From: an uncultured Nitrospiraceae bacterium
Lineage (GTDB): Bacteria > Nitrospirota > Thermodesulfovibrionia > Thermodesulfovibrionales > Dissulfurispiraceae
Assembly: GCA_963705105.1 (NCBI GenBank)
Contig: CAVPIW010000006.1
Span: 864,001 to 928,000 of the forward strand
Reading direction: 5' to 3'
Length of the DNA: 64,000 nucleotides
Positions 1 to 9,931 of the stretch are shown here, in pieces. Positions within the stretch are counted from its first letter, which is position 1. Every line of letters starts with the position of its first letter. A program made the position numbers and the translations under genes. The notes below the pieces were generated by a model. The model did not search any database. It saw only the letters and a program-made list of their open reading frames with translations, and was not told where the DNA came from.

Positions 1-295
1 GATCTAAAGGCGTATCCGCCAATCCTTCATCGTGAATTGCCGGATCGTCACCATTATCTGCAGGATCCTTCCACGTGTGAGGATGGGCAAGACAAAAGTG
101 ATGGCCGAGCTCATGCGCAATAACTGCACCGATCGGGAAAAATCTTGCAAAAACTCCGTAGTAATCACTCTCATAGGCACGATTATTATATGACGCCGCT
201 TGTGAAAAGCCACCGACAGGCGGTGGACCCTATTGTTTGGACAGCCTGATGGGTGGGATAAGCTCTGAGTTCATTGTTAAATTCTTTATGAAGCA

Positions 296-1153
296 TCAGG
301 CAGCCTCGGCGAATGGGTGAGGCAGTCCATAGTAAACCTCATCCGGGGTACGGTCGTCAAGAGAAGAGTGCCCGCGCTGTTCGTTGTAAAAGCGTATCCA
401 GTTGGTTAACCCCTGACGCAGCTCAGAGCCGCCGCCGAACGAATGCAGGTAAAGGTAGTGATGTTTGATGGTCCACCATAGCCGTTCAACAAAGATGTTG
501 TCCTGGCACCTACCGCGGCCGTCCATACTGATGGCGACTCCGTGGTCCTTGAGGATTTGAGTGAACCCTTTGCTGGTAAACTGTGCTCCTTGATCCGTGT
601 TGAAAATCTCCGGTGCCCCATAGCGGCTCAGGGCTTCCTGGAGGGCCTGATTGCAGAAGTCCGAGTCCAAGGTATTGGAAAGACGCCAGGACAGGATTTT
701 GCGGCTGTGCCAGTCCATGACCGCCACCAGGTACATAAAGCCACGTGCCATGGGAACGTAGGTGATATCGGTAGCCCACACCTGGTTGGCATGATCGATC
801 CTCAGGTCTCTGAGCAGATAGGGATAAATTATGTGCTCCGGATGGGGCCGGCTGGTGTGCGGCTTGGGGTAGATCGCCTCGATGCCCATCAGTCGCATCA
901 GCCGCTGGATGCGTTTGCGGTTGACCTTACGGCCCTGTCGGCGGAAATGCCGCGCCATCGACCGGCTGCCGTAGGTCGGGGTCTTCAGGTACTGCTCGTC
1001 GATCAGGCGCATGAGGTCCAGGTCCTCGGGATTAATCGGGCACGGCTCATAGTAGAACGAGGACCGGCTCAATCCCAGCAACTGGCATTGGCGGGAGATG
1101 CTCGGCTCGCGAAGTTCAGGTTCGATCATCTGCTTTCGCTGCTGGCTGCTCAA
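296..1153 (-). CDS. IS3 transposase OrfB (rve/DDE)
   Basis: WATDITY, FNTDQGAQF and DNIFVERLW motifs; ATGA overlap with orfA. Confidence 0.95.
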   Translation of the reverse strand: MSSQQRKQMIEPELREPSISRQCQLLGLSRSSFYYEPCPINPEDLDLMRLIDEQYLKTPTYGSRSMARHFRRQGRKVNRKRIQRLMRLMGIEAIYPKPHTSRPHPEHIIYPYLLRDLRIDHANQVWATDITYVPMARGFMYLVAVMDWHSRKILSWRLSNTLDSDFCNQALQEALSRYGAPEIFNTDQGAQFTSKGFTQILKDHGVAISMDGRGRCQDNIFVERLWWTIKHHYLYLHSFGGGSELRQGLTNWIRFYNEQRGHSSLDDRTPDEVYYGLPHPFAEAA

Positions 1154-1431
1154 GAGCCGAGCTTTCGTGCTAAAAAATCGTTTTCTACCTTGAGCCGGCC
1201 AATCTGCCGGTAGAGCTCATCGAACTGGCCCTCGACCTGCTTGCGGGACTTGTGGTTCTTGTCGAAAAGCTCAGCGGCGCTGTCGAGCAGCTGCCGCTTC
1301 CAGGTGGAGATCATGGTCGGGTGGATGTCGAAGCGACTGGCCAGTTGAGCGGTGGTCTCTTCGTTCTGTAATGCGGCCAGCGCGACCTTCGCCTTGAATT
1401 GGGAACTGTGTTGCTTTCGTTTCTTGCTCAT
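1150..1431 (-). CDS. IS3 transposase OrfA (HTH)
   Basis: FKAKVAL...LASRFDIHPTMISTWK HTH; ends ENDFL. Confidence 0.93.
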   Translation of the reverse strand: MSKKRKQHSSQFKAKVALAALQNEETTAQLASRFDIHPTMISTWKRQLLDSAAELFDKNHKSRKQVEGQFDELYRQIGRLKVENDFLARKLGS

Positions 1432-2046
1432 CTCAGATCCTCCATGAGTGGTCTGAATCAGAGCTTAGCACACTGTCCAGTTTTTGGGGTCCACCGCCAC
1501 ACTGAGATTCTGCAAGACAAACAATGTGATTTTTTCCCTGTTATTAGCCATTGCCCAATCCTTGAGGGCTTTGATTTTAATCTTTGCGTCCTCTGTATCC
1601 GGATCCGTAATTGTTGAATAGGTGGTTTCATAATGCACGTTTATATCGCTGATGCGAAAGGAGATGCCGACAGGCTTGAATATCTCATTGACATAATACA
1701 TTTCAAGCTGGGAATGCTCCTGGAGAAAGTCATGCAGGTCATTTTCAAACAGGAAACCGCAGGGGTCCTGACCTGAACTGTCACAGTATACTTCCATATC
1801 GATGTCGTAGGTCACATCGGCAGATCCCCATGCACCGGAGTTGCAAAATATTGACGGAATAACCAAAGCACACAAAACTGCAGCCACGAAGAGGTGTTTA
1901 CGTTTCCTGAATTGTCTCGACCGGTTGCCATGTCTCTCCATTGCCCTGTCCTCCTTTTGCGATGAAGTTACTCCTCCAAGCCTCTCAGCGCATGCCGGAA
2001 GCCCCGCAGGCCGTCATGAATGTCAGGATGATGACCGATGTCTCTT

Positions 2047-2120
2047 CCCGGTATCCGGCCAAACAAAGACCCGCCCGGTTCCATCCCGCCTTCACCGCGC
2101 CTTGGCTTGGACTTTCCCTG
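2047..2120 (-). promoter_or_regulatory. Degenerate or variant c-di-GMP-I (GEMM)-like motif upstream of the metalloprotease
   Basis: Minus strand AAAGTCCAAGCC...GGCGGGATGGAACCGGGCGGGTCT...GGCCGGATACCG aligns by eye with the riboswitch at 31007-31080. Confidence 0.35.
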
Positions 2121-2434
2121 CTTCGTTTTTATCACATTATTCGGTGGTATGCAAATCAGTAATATTAATATTCGGATAACTGTTGTTAATGGATATCTCG
2201 TGCTCATTTCTTCCATCGTATCAACCCCTCCCGACCTTCTCCAAAGTGAGGCAGCGCGGAAGCTGGCGGAGGCGAACAAAGAGTGATCGCGCGTGTGGAG
2301 ACGTAGATCAAAACAAAGCTGGCGGAAGCCGAATCACCCCTTTTTGTGGTAAAGTGATTGAAATTGGGTGATCACGATGAAGATTGGATTATCCCTCCAT
2401 GCTAAAAGAGGAAGAAAGAAATGAAAGTACAGTT

Positions 2435-3628
2435 ATGACGCCGAGGGGTCCTGAGGCTTTCGAATCACATATTCAAAGAGTCGTCGACATTATGCTTGAG
2501 TTTGCCCGGCTGAGCGGGCTCTCTCCGGCTGTCGTCCCCCCGCAGCGCTACCTGTGGACGGACGCCTTTGCCGTCTGCAACTTCCTCGAACTTTATCGTC
2601 AGACAGGGGATGGCCGGTTCAGGCAACTGGCGACGCTCCTGGTCGATCAGGTCCACGCCGTTCTGGGCCGGCGGCGGAGAGATGACGAAAGGGGCGGCTG
2701 GATCAGCGGTCTTGACGAGCGGGAGGGCGCCCTGCACCCCACAATCGGCGGGCTGAGGATCGGGAAGGAGATGAACGAGCGGGCGCCCGGGGAACCTTTT
2801 GATGAGCGCCTGGAATGGGAGAGAGACGGTCAGTACTACCATTACCTGACGCAATGGATGCACGCCCTTGATCGCGTCGGAAGGGTCACGGACGATCCGG
2901 TCTACAACCGGTGGGCGATAGAGCTTGCCAAAAGGGCCCACGCGGGGTTCGTCCACACACATCCCCCGGGCGGCCCGAAACGTATGTACTGGAAAATGAG
3001 CATAGACCTCTCCTATCCGCTCGTCCCGTCCATGGGCCTTCATGATCCTCTTGATGGATTGGTCGCCTACAGCGAGATTCAGGCGTCCGCACAGAGATAC
3101 GCCGGGGAGACCGGGCGGCCCGACCTCAAGGCCGAGATCGTCGACATGGCACAGATATGTGAAGGAAGAAACTGGACCACCGATGACCCCCTCGGCATCG
3201 GCGGCCTTTTAATCGACGCCTTTAAGATGGGACAATTGATCGTGACGACGGACTTCACCCGCCGCATCCTGCTCGAAGACGTGCTGGGCGCTTCCCTGGA
3301 TGGTTTGAACTCCTTCGAAAGGATGTCACCCCTGGAGTCCCCTGCCCGGCACCGTCTCGCATTCCGTGAGCTTGGGCTGTCCATAGGGCTGCAGGCGCTG
3401 GAGAGACTTTGGGGATTATCCGTTCAGCATCCCGAGACCTTCGAGAGGCGACGTCTACCCTCGCTCTTTCGTGGCCTGATGCGGTACATGCCGCTGCGAG
3501 ACGTGATTCACACCTTTTGGCTCGAGCAGAAGAACAGAGAATCGGGAAGTTGGAATGCCCACCGCAACATTAACATGGTGATGCTCGCGACGAGCCTTGC
3601 GCCTGAGGGGTATCTCTCGCTTCTCTGA
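2435..3628 (+). CDS. Hypothetical protein, possibly six-hairpin glycosidase-like; start uncertain (ORF open from 2384)
   Basis: Long ORF with RYLWTDAF, DGQYYHYLTQWMHAL and RLAFRELGL motifs. Confidence 0.65.
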   Translation: MTPRGPEAFESHIQRVVDIMLEFARLSGLSPAVVPPQRYLWTDAFAVCNFLELYRQTGDGRFRQLATLLVDQVHAVLGRRRRDDERGGWISGLDEREGALHPTIGGLRIGKEMNERAPGEPFDERLEWERDGQYYHYLTQWMHALDRVGRVTDDPVYNRWAIELAKRAHAGFVHTHPPGGPKRMYWKMSIDLSYPLVPSMGLHDPLDGLVAYSEIQASAQRYAGETGRPDLKAEIVDMAQICEGRNWTTDDPLGIGGLLIDAFKMGQLIVTTDFTRRILLEDVLGASLDGLNSFERMSPLESPARHRLAFRELGLSIGLQALERLWGLSVQHPETFERRRLPSLFRGLMRYMPLRDVIHTFWLEQKNRESGSWNAHRNINMVMLATSLAPEGYLSLL

Positions 3629-4281
3629 AAGGAATGATGCCGTGAAACGGGGTGTGAAGTCAGTACTTGAATCTCAACAATAATCTGAATAGTCAGGCCA
3701 GGAAATCATGAAAAAAGAATACATCCACGGCTACGATCATCGTGAAAACATACGGTTACAGGATCAGGCCTCCACATTGGTCGAGTTGCTGCACTCCGAT
3801 ACCGCCTATCCGTCGGGAAGCCGCGTCCTTGAGGCCGGTTGCGGCGTGGGGGCGCAGACCGTCACGCTGGCGCGGAGCAGCCCGGATGCCATGATTACTT
3901 CCATCGATGTTTCCGGGGCTTCGCTCATCGAAGCAGAGAGAAGAGTGACGGCGGAAGGCTTGACCAATGTGAGATTCGAGCGGGGGGACATCTTTGATCT
4001 GCCCTATGGGCCGGACTCCTTCGACCATATCTTCGTCTGTTTCGTCCTGGAGCATCTCACAAATCCGGCAGCGGCGCTCCTTGCACTGAAAAACCGTCTC
4101 CGCCCGGGCGGCACGATCACGGTCATCGAGGGGGACCACGGCTCGGCCTTTTTTCATCCCGTCAGTGAGGCGGCGCACCGCGCGATTCAGTGCCAGGTTG
4201 AATTGCAGCGCCGCGCAGGCGGCAACGCCATGATCGGGAGAGAACTTTATCCGCTGCTGCTCGGCGCAGGATATAATTCTG

Positions 4282-5593
4282 GGTTCATCCGACAAGAGCG
4301 TACTTTGACTGATGAAGAGCCATGATCTTAAGTTTGAAGAACTCGATATCTCTGAAGCCGTATGCCTGTCTTTTCATTGTCACAATCTTGTTGTTTGTGC
4401 CCTCCAGAGGGCCAGTTGAAATGGGATGATCATACCATGCCAGAATCCCCCAGCGATGGGCATGGAGCGTCTCCGCAAATGACTGCAGCATCCGTATTCC
4501 TGATGCCTTGGCCCGCGCAATCCAGTCATCCAGAAAGCGCTCTGCCGATCCTTTGCCCGGGTAGTTCCAAAGCGTTCGCAAGTCTTCTTTCATGTAATAG
4601 ACCGTTGCCAGAGGGGCGTTCATCTGCAATGCTTCCTGAAGCCTTTGCTGTTCGTTCTTTTCTGCGTCGAGGTTTTCGGGGTTCTTCAGCAGGAGCCAGC
4701 GGGTCCCCTTCAGCACAATCCTGTCTGACTGGCTGGTGAGCTTATGGTACAGGTCACGACGATAATCGGAGAGCTTGTCGTTGAACAACTTGACGATATG
4801 AAAACGGTCAAAGACAATGGCTGCCTCCGGCACGTTGTCAGACACAGCAGCGATGTATGCAGGGGACATGTCGATCGCCACGGCCTGTATTGTGGCGCCC
4901 GAGCGCAACAGCCTTCTCCAGAAAGGCTTCAACGCATCAGTCCCCTTGCCGTCGCCAACATGGACCACAGCTCCACTATCAAGATCCAAGACGACCGTCA
5001 CATACCTGTGCCCTTTGCCGATGGAAATCTCGTCGATGGCGAGGCGCCTCAGATGACCCAGTTTCGGCCGGGAGAACTTCCTGTGGAGGGACCGCTTCTG
5101 GATGTCTTTGATCACGTCCCAGCTGACGCCCACATGTCGCGCAACGTCCTGGATCGTCATGCGCCGGGAAAGCTCCAATGCATACCGTTCAAAGGCCCTC
5201 GTATAGCGGACTCGGTCCTCGGCAAACTTCAGTCTCACCTGACGCACCACAGCGCACACCAGGCACCATACCCTCTGCACGGCAATACGCACAAACGCTC
5301 TCTTGCCACCGATCGGCACCGTCCGCAGCTCTCGCACAGTGACTCCCTTACAGACGATATCCCGCCCATTGCACTCAGGGCACCGCAGGGTCAATCGATC
5401 TTGTGTGATCGTGAAAATAACCGCCCCTTCCTGATAGCTGGTCGATTGATACCGGTATCCTCGTATACCAAATGCGTGATACAATAAGCTTGTCGACATG
5501 TTGTTGCCTCCTTCTGAGAATCCTTGGTCGGAATCTCTTAGAGTAACAACATGTCGCATTTTTTTAGTCAAGTACGCTTAAACCGGAAGAACC
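4282..5593 (-). mobile_element. ISL3-family insertion sequence
   Basis: Imperfect inverted repeats GGTTCATCCG.. / ..CGGAAGAACC; 8-bp duplication TAATTCTG at 4274-4281 and 5594-5601. Confidence 0.95.
4285..5499 (-). CDS. ISL3 transposase
   Basis: CPEC zinc finger; LAIDE, AIDMSPAY, VFDRFH and EGTNNKI..KRQAYGFR motifs; likely start MSTSLL with an RBS. Confidence 0.95.
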   Translation of the reverse strand: MSTSLLYHAFGIRGYRYQSTSYQEGAVIFTITQDRLTLRCPECNGRDIVCKGVTVRELRTVPIGGKRAFVRIAVQRVWCLVCAVVRQVRLKFAEDRVRYTRAFERYALELSRRMTIQDVARHVGVSWDVIKDIQKRSLHRKFSRPKLGHLRRLAIDEISIGKGHRYVTVVLDLDSGAVVHVGDGKGTDALKPFWRRLLRSGATIQAVAIDMSPAYIAAVSDNVPEAAIVFDRFHIVKLFNDKLSDYRRDLYHKLTSQSDRIVLKGTRWLLLKNPENLDAEKNEQQRLQEALQMNAPLATVYYMKEDLRTLWNYPGKGSAERFLDDWIARAKASGIRMLQSFAETLHAHRWGILAWYDHPISTGPLEGTNNKIVTMKRQAYGFRDIEFFKLKIMALHQSKYALVG

Positions 5594-5859
5594 TAATTCT
5601 GTCCGCGTCTCTCCCCGCATGGTCTACGTCGACTCCAGCAAGCCCGGGCTTGTCGAAGGGTTTACGAAAAAAACGTTCACGGCAATGATCGAGGGGGTTC
5701 GTGAATCGGCGATCGAGGCGGGAATCATTGAACCGGAAGTTTTTGACATAGGGATACGGGACCTGTACCGGACGACGGAGCCTGACGGGGTGTTCTGTTA
5801 CACTTTTTTCAAGGCCTTCGGCATGAAATGACTGATGCAACAGTGCAAAGGAGACATCC

Positions 5860-6648
5860 ATGAATAAAGAGTTTTCAGGATTTACAGCCCCCTTTACCGC
5901 GAGCGGCCGGTCGGCCATTGTGCCCCCGCCTCCGTGGCATTACGCCGGTTGGCTGATGAACGTGTCCATACGCTGCGATACATCGAACAGCGCCGCACTG
6001 GTGCCCCCGCTGCTCGGGCGTTTGACAGGCAACGGCTGTATCCACTTTGCCGACTGGCAGGCGACAACCGACGGCGGAGAACTTGTCGATCCGGTGTATG
6101 CACAGTATCGCGAGACCATTGTCATCGTGGAGATCGAACGTCCGGGCGGGACGTTGTACAACTTCTGTCCTTTTATCTGGGTCGATCAGGACATTTCCCT
6201 CATCCGCGGTCTACTCCAGGGATGGCCGAAGAAATTCGGTACGACCCATCTTACACGTTCGCTGCCGATTGACCACGTGGCGGCTGCGCCGCTCAGGGCC
6301 GGAAGCCGCATGGGGGCGACGCTGAGCGTGAAAGACAGGCGACTGATCGAGGCCGCCCTGGAGCTTACGGGGAAAGCGGGGCGCCCTTATGGATTTCTCG
6401 CGAACAGGACCATCGGCACAGTCGGGTGGCCCGACCTGACAAGGCCTGAACAAAGCGTCGAGTTGAAGTGGCTGCTGCCGGACATTCAGAATAAAGTCTC
6501 ATCGGACTGGCATGATGCAGAGGCAACAATCAACGTGCTGCCGCATCCTGTGGAAGAGCTGTCATTGCTTGGCGAGCTGAAGGCCGGCGGGGCGAGTGTC
6601 GGATGGATAGGCATAACAATAACGGGGGCAAAGCCGCTCCCCCTGTGA
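5860..6648 (+). CDS. Acetoacetate decarboxylase-superfamily protein (MppR-like)
   Basis: PPPPWHY, QYRE and RG..QGWPKK (Schiff-base Lys) motifs. Confidence 0.75.
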   Translation: MNKEFSGFTAPFTASGRSAIVPPPPWHYAGWLMNVSIRCDTSNSAALVPPLLGRLTGNGCIHFADWQATTDGGELVDPVYAQYRETIVIVEIERPGGTLYNFCPFIWVDQDISLIRGLLQGWPKKFGTTHLTRSLPIDHVAAAPLRAGSRMGATLSVKDRRLIEAALELTGKAGRPYGFLANRTIGTVGWPDLTRPEQSVELKWLLPDIQNKVSSDWHDAEATINVLPHPVEELSLLGELKAGGASVGWIGITITGAKPLPL

Positions 6649-6654
6649 GGACGG

Positions 6655-6756
6655 AAATGGCCGATCGCGCAAATAGCGGAAGCCTGAAAGACGAACCTGA
6701 CGATGCTCATCGTCGCCTTCAGCAAGGCTTTGAAGCTCTTCACCCCGCCTTTTTCA
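6655..6756 (+). repeat. Right half of the MITE family, fused into the 5' end of the alkD-like gene
   Basis: AATGGCCGATCGCGCAAATAGCGGAAGCCTGAAAGACGAACCTGACGATGCTCATCGTCGCCTTCAGCAAGGCTTTG...CCCCGCCTTTT matches 36800-36897. Confidence 0.85.
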
Positions 6757-7463
6757 CTCGACTGGAAGGTTATCTTGCCGAGTTCAGGCAAGCCCTGAGC
6801 GCCGCCCATAACCCCGAGCGGGCCGCAAACGAGAAGCGCTACCTGAAGAGCCCCTTTAAATTCTTCGGGGTGACGGTTCCCTTCACAGACAGGCTCGCCC
6901 GGGACTTCAGGAAGACACATAAGGATGCGTCAAGGGAAGAGATTTTCGCCCTTGCCGAAGCGCTCTGGTCCTCCGAATATCACCAGGAAAAGACGCTGGC
7001 CATCAAGCTCCTCGAAAAGTATCCCCATCATCTCGATATCCGGTCCATGCCCCTGATCGAGAGGATGCTTTCGGAATGCACCGGGTGGGACCACGTCGAC
7101 GGCATCGCCATCCATCTCGTCGACGCAGTATTGCGGAAAGATGACGGGGCCTTTGCCTATCTCGACAGGTGGAGTAAATCCGGAAACTTCTGGATGCGGA
7201 GGGCGGCCCTCATCTCGCAGATCCTGCTTTTCAGGGAAGGCGGGGGGGACAGACAGCTCTTTTTCGGCTTCGCCGAGGCCATGATCGGGGAAAAGGAGTT
7301 CTTCATCCGCAAGGCTATCGGCTGGACGGTTAGGGAGCTGTCGAAGGCCGATCCGCAGGCAGCCTGCGATTTCCTGCTCAGGGTGAAACACCGTGCCTCC
7401 GGTCTAACGCTCAGGGAAGGGGCAAAGAGGCTGCCCGGGGAGATGAAGAAAAAAGTGATGTAA
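6657..7463 (+). CDS. DNA alkylation repair protein (AlkD-like HEAT-repeat glycosylase)
   Basis: GWDHVD, NFWMRR and EFFIRKAIGWTVRE motifs. Confidence 0.85.
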   Translation: MADRANSGSLKDEPDDAHRRLQQGFEALHPAFFTRLEGYLAEFRQALSAAHNPERAANEKRYLKSPFKFFGVTVPFTDRLARDFRKTHKDASREEIFALAEALWSSEYHQEKTLAIKLLEKYPHHLDIRSMPLIERMLSECTGWDHVDGIAIHLVDAVLRKDDGAFAYLDRWSKSGNFWMRRAALISQILLFREGGGDRQLFFGFAEAMIGEKEFFIRKAIGWTVRELSKADPQAACDFLLRVKHRASGLTLREGAKRLPGEMKKKVM

Positions 7464-7508
7464 GCTCCCCGGCTCCCGATCGGTTCATCCGGCGGAGAAG
7501 TCCTCTGA

Positions 7509-8765
7509 TCACAGTATCCGCTTGATCTTATCGAATGCTTCTTCTATGATCCGGGGCGAAGGCAGGAATGTGGTCCTGAAATAGACCCCGTCCTCCTGCC
7601 GGCCGAATCCCGATCCGGGCACGAAGACAACTCCTTCCTTGAGAGCGGCGCGGACGAACTGTAAATCCTTCCTCCACTTTTCCGTCTCTATCTTCATGAA
7701 GGCGTAAAAGGCCCCCTGGGGTTTCGGGAATGAGAGAGGCAGGTGCTCCGCCATCTTGACGAAGGTGTCCCGGCGGTCCGTCAGTTTTTTCTTCATGTCG
7801 GCGAGATACGCCGGAAAGGAGGGGTCGACCAGCGCGGCGGCGGCGGCCCTCTGGAATTCCCAGTTGACGGAAAGGCGCTGGTTGCACAGGAGGAAAAAGG
7901 CGTTTTTCACCTCTTCCCACCGGTCACCGTGAAAGGCAACCCAGCCGATCCGGGCGCCGGGATAGCTGAAGTCCTTGGACAATGAACTCCCGTAGATGAA
8001 CGGCACCCTTCCCCTGGCCACCTTCCGGAAATCAACGGGCTTGCCGTCGAACACGAGCTGGTCATAGGAGCCGTCGTAGAATATCGGGACATCATACTCG
8101 TTGCAGAGGCTGACGACATCGGAGAGGTTCTCTTCCGTATAGACGGAGCCGAGGGGGTTGTTCGGGTTGATGATCACCATCGCCTTTGCGCCCTCGATCT
8201 TTCGTGAGAGATGCTCCACGTCAATCTGACCGTCGGCGTCATGGCGGTAGAAAATGGTATCGCCTTCGAACTGCTTCGCCTTGCTGAGATAGAGCGGATA
8301 GGCGGGGTTCGGCAGCAACAGCTTTTCGCCGAAGCCGATAAATGAATGGAAAAAGAAGTCGATACCCTCGGTGAGGCCGGCGACGGCGAATACGTCCTCA
8401 GGCCCGCACTTTTCGATCTTCGCCACTGTCTTTCTCAGTTTTTCATCGCCGTCCGACGGGGCGTAGCCCTTGCAGTTCTCAGCGAGGGCCTTCTTCACAT
8501 GCTCGACGATGGCTCCGAAAGGCTTGAACCCGTACTGGGGAGGGTCACCGATGTTCAGGTAGATCATCTTCTTGCCCCGCGCTTCCTCGCGCTTCGCTTC
8601 CATCACTATATCCCGTATGGGGTAACTGACGACGTTCATGCGTTCCGTCGGCCTGTACGGCAGCTGCCGCTTCAGCGTTTTCAATGGCTTCATAGTCTTT
8701 GTCCTCTGCAGTCGGTCTACGGCAAGTTCCACGTCCTCACGGGAAAAATGCCGCCGCTCCATCAT
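7509..8765 (-). CDS. PLP-dependent aminotransferase class I/II (AlaA-like)
   Basis: LNIGDP, INPNNPLG, SLSKDFSYPGARIGW and VFVPGSGFG motifs; start uncertain. Confidence 0.9.
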   Translation of the reverse strand: MMERRHFSREDVELAVDRLQRTKTMKPLKTLKRQLPYRPTERMNVVSYPIRDIVMEAKREEARGKKMIYLNIGDPPQYGFKPFGAIVEHVKKALAENCKGYAPSDGDEKLRKTVAKIEKCGPEDVFAVAGLTEGIDFFFHSFIGFGEKLLLPNPAYPLYLSKAKQFEGDTIFYRHDADGQIDVEHLSRKIEGAKAMVIINPNNPLGSVYTEENLSDVVSLCNEYDVPIFYDGSYDQLVFDGKPVDFRKVARGRVPFIYGSSLSKDFSYPGARIGWVAFHGDRWEEVKNAFFLLCNQRLSVNWEFQRAAAAALVDPSFPAYLADMKKKLTDRRDTFVKMAEHLPLSFPKPQGAFYAFMKIETEKWRKDLQFVRAALKEGVVFVPGSGFGRQEDGVYFRTTFLPSPRIIEEAFDKIKRIL

Positions 8766-8895
8766 GTTCCCAAAGCCGGAGTGACCGGTTAAGGGGATGA
8801 TACGGCGACGATCGACCGCTCTCTTTCTTTCGTCACATCAGGATGCGCGCGCCAACCGGCGCGCCGTAAATTATAATTATATCAGTTCCCATCAG

Positions 8896-9120
8896 TGGTG
8901 TCCAAGATGCGAGATGATAGTGTCAGCGGGAGTGTAAGTGGCAGTAATGGGTCGGGCCGTTCGGGGAACGGCCCCTACACAATCAGTTACATAAAAGGCG
9001 GGGCAGCGATAAGGCTATTCTCTGGTGCGGTTGACTACCAGAAGAGGGATGCCGGACAACGCGGATCTTTCAATGATGTCGATGCCGTCAGTGACACCCG
9101 CACTCACAGTCACACTTTCT
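8896..9120. repeat. Degenerate palindromic element with AGTGTC/CACTCA-type inverted arms
   Basis: GATAGTGTCAGCGGGAGTGTAAGTGGCAG and GTGACACCCGCACTCACAGTCACACTTTC are imperfect inverted arms; internal hairpin GGGCCGTTC-GGG-GAACGGCCC. Confidence 0.45.
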
Positions 9121-9121
9121 T

Positions 9122-9931
9122 TTATTGCGGCTTGACATCCGCAGAGGAGATGTTCTTGACGGGTTGATTCATCCCTTTGTTCGGATAGAGCAGGATGATG
9201 CTTATCCTCCTGTTCCTGGGGTCCCGGGGATTGTCCTTGACGAGCAACTCCTGGTCGGCATATCCAACGACCCTGGCGATTCTGGCCGGATCGATGCCGT
9301 TGATCTCGAGCTCCCGGCGAGCCGCCGATGCCCTGTCCGTCGAGAGCTCCCAGTTCGTGATCTGGGCGCCCTTGAAGGGCGCCGAGTCCGTGTGACCTTC
9401 AATGGCAATCCTGTTCGGCGTATCCTTGATGTTGTCCGTGACGAGCCGCAGGATGTCCCGTGCCCTCTCGTTGGGCTGAGCGCTTCCAAGGGGGAACATG
9501 GAGCTCCCTTCCGTGTCGATGATCTGGATCCGTATGCCGCCCTCGAAGAAGTCCACGAGCACCTGGTCCTTTACGCCCCTCATCTTCTCTTCCACCGCCT
9601 TCTGGAGCCGGTCTTTGAGCTCTTCTGCAGAGATACCGCCTTTGCCCGACTTCATGGACTGTTCCGTATCGGGCATCTTCGCGCTGAAGATCTCCGTGGA
9701 GTTCTGCATGAAGGACTGTCCCGATTTCTCGAAGACGCTGAAATGCTTGAAATACTGTGCGAGGACCGCCCTCTTTTCCGGCGACGACATGGTGATGAGC
9801 CACAGGAGAAGGAAGAAAGCCATCATGGCCGTCACAAAGTCCGCGTAGGCGACCTTCCAGCTTCCCCCGTGGCTGCCCTCGTGGTTTTTCTTGACCTTCT
9901 TGATGATGATGATCTTGGACTTGTCGGCCAT
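9122..9931 (-). CDS. motB: Flagellar stator MotB
   Basis: WKVAYADFVTAMMAFF; OmpA-like EGHTD, NWELS and RNRRI motifs. Confidence 0.95.
   Translation of the reverse strand: MADKSKIIIIKKVKKNHEGSHGGSWKVAYADFVTAMMAFFLLLWLITMSSPEKRAVLAQYFKHFSVFEKSGQSFMQNSTEIFSAKMPDTEQSMKSGKGGISAEELKDRLQKAVEEKMRGVKDQVLVDFFEGGIRIQIIDTEGSSMFPLGSAQPNERARDILRLVTDNIKDTPNRIAIEGHTDSAPFKGAQITNWELSTDRASAARRELEINGIDPARIARVVGYADQELLVKDNPRDPRNRRISIILLYPNKGMNQPVKNISSADVKPQ

Larger units (their letters stand above)
219..1498 (-). mobile_element. IS3-family insertion sequence
   Basis: Terminal inverted repeats GGCGGTGGACCC.../...GGGTCCACCGCC; 3-bp ACA duplication at 216-218 and 1499-1501; carries orfA and orfB. Confidence 0.92.
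1..1941 (-). pseudogene. Secreted zinc metalloprotease (metzincin, M43/pappalysin-like) split by IS3; 3' part runs off the window
   Basis: The 5' part (1499-1941) has a signal-peptide-like stretch. Removing 219-1498 plus one ACA restores ...NLSVGGFSQ...AVIAHELGHHFCLAHPHTW...GLADTPLD in frame, with an HExxHxxxxxH zinc motif and a DTP motif. Confidence 0.75.
3708..5831 (+). pseudogene. Class I SAM-dependent methyltransferase interrupted by ISL3
   Basis: VLEAGCGVG motif I. Removing the IS and one TAATTCTG restores ...GAGYNSVRVSPRMVYVDSSKP...FFKAFGMK in frame to the stop at 5831. Confidence 0.9.

Noticed and set aside
1968..2371. Short ORFs between the protease and the gene at 2435
   Set aside because: No motifs, AT-rich promoter-like content, and mutually overlapping frames.
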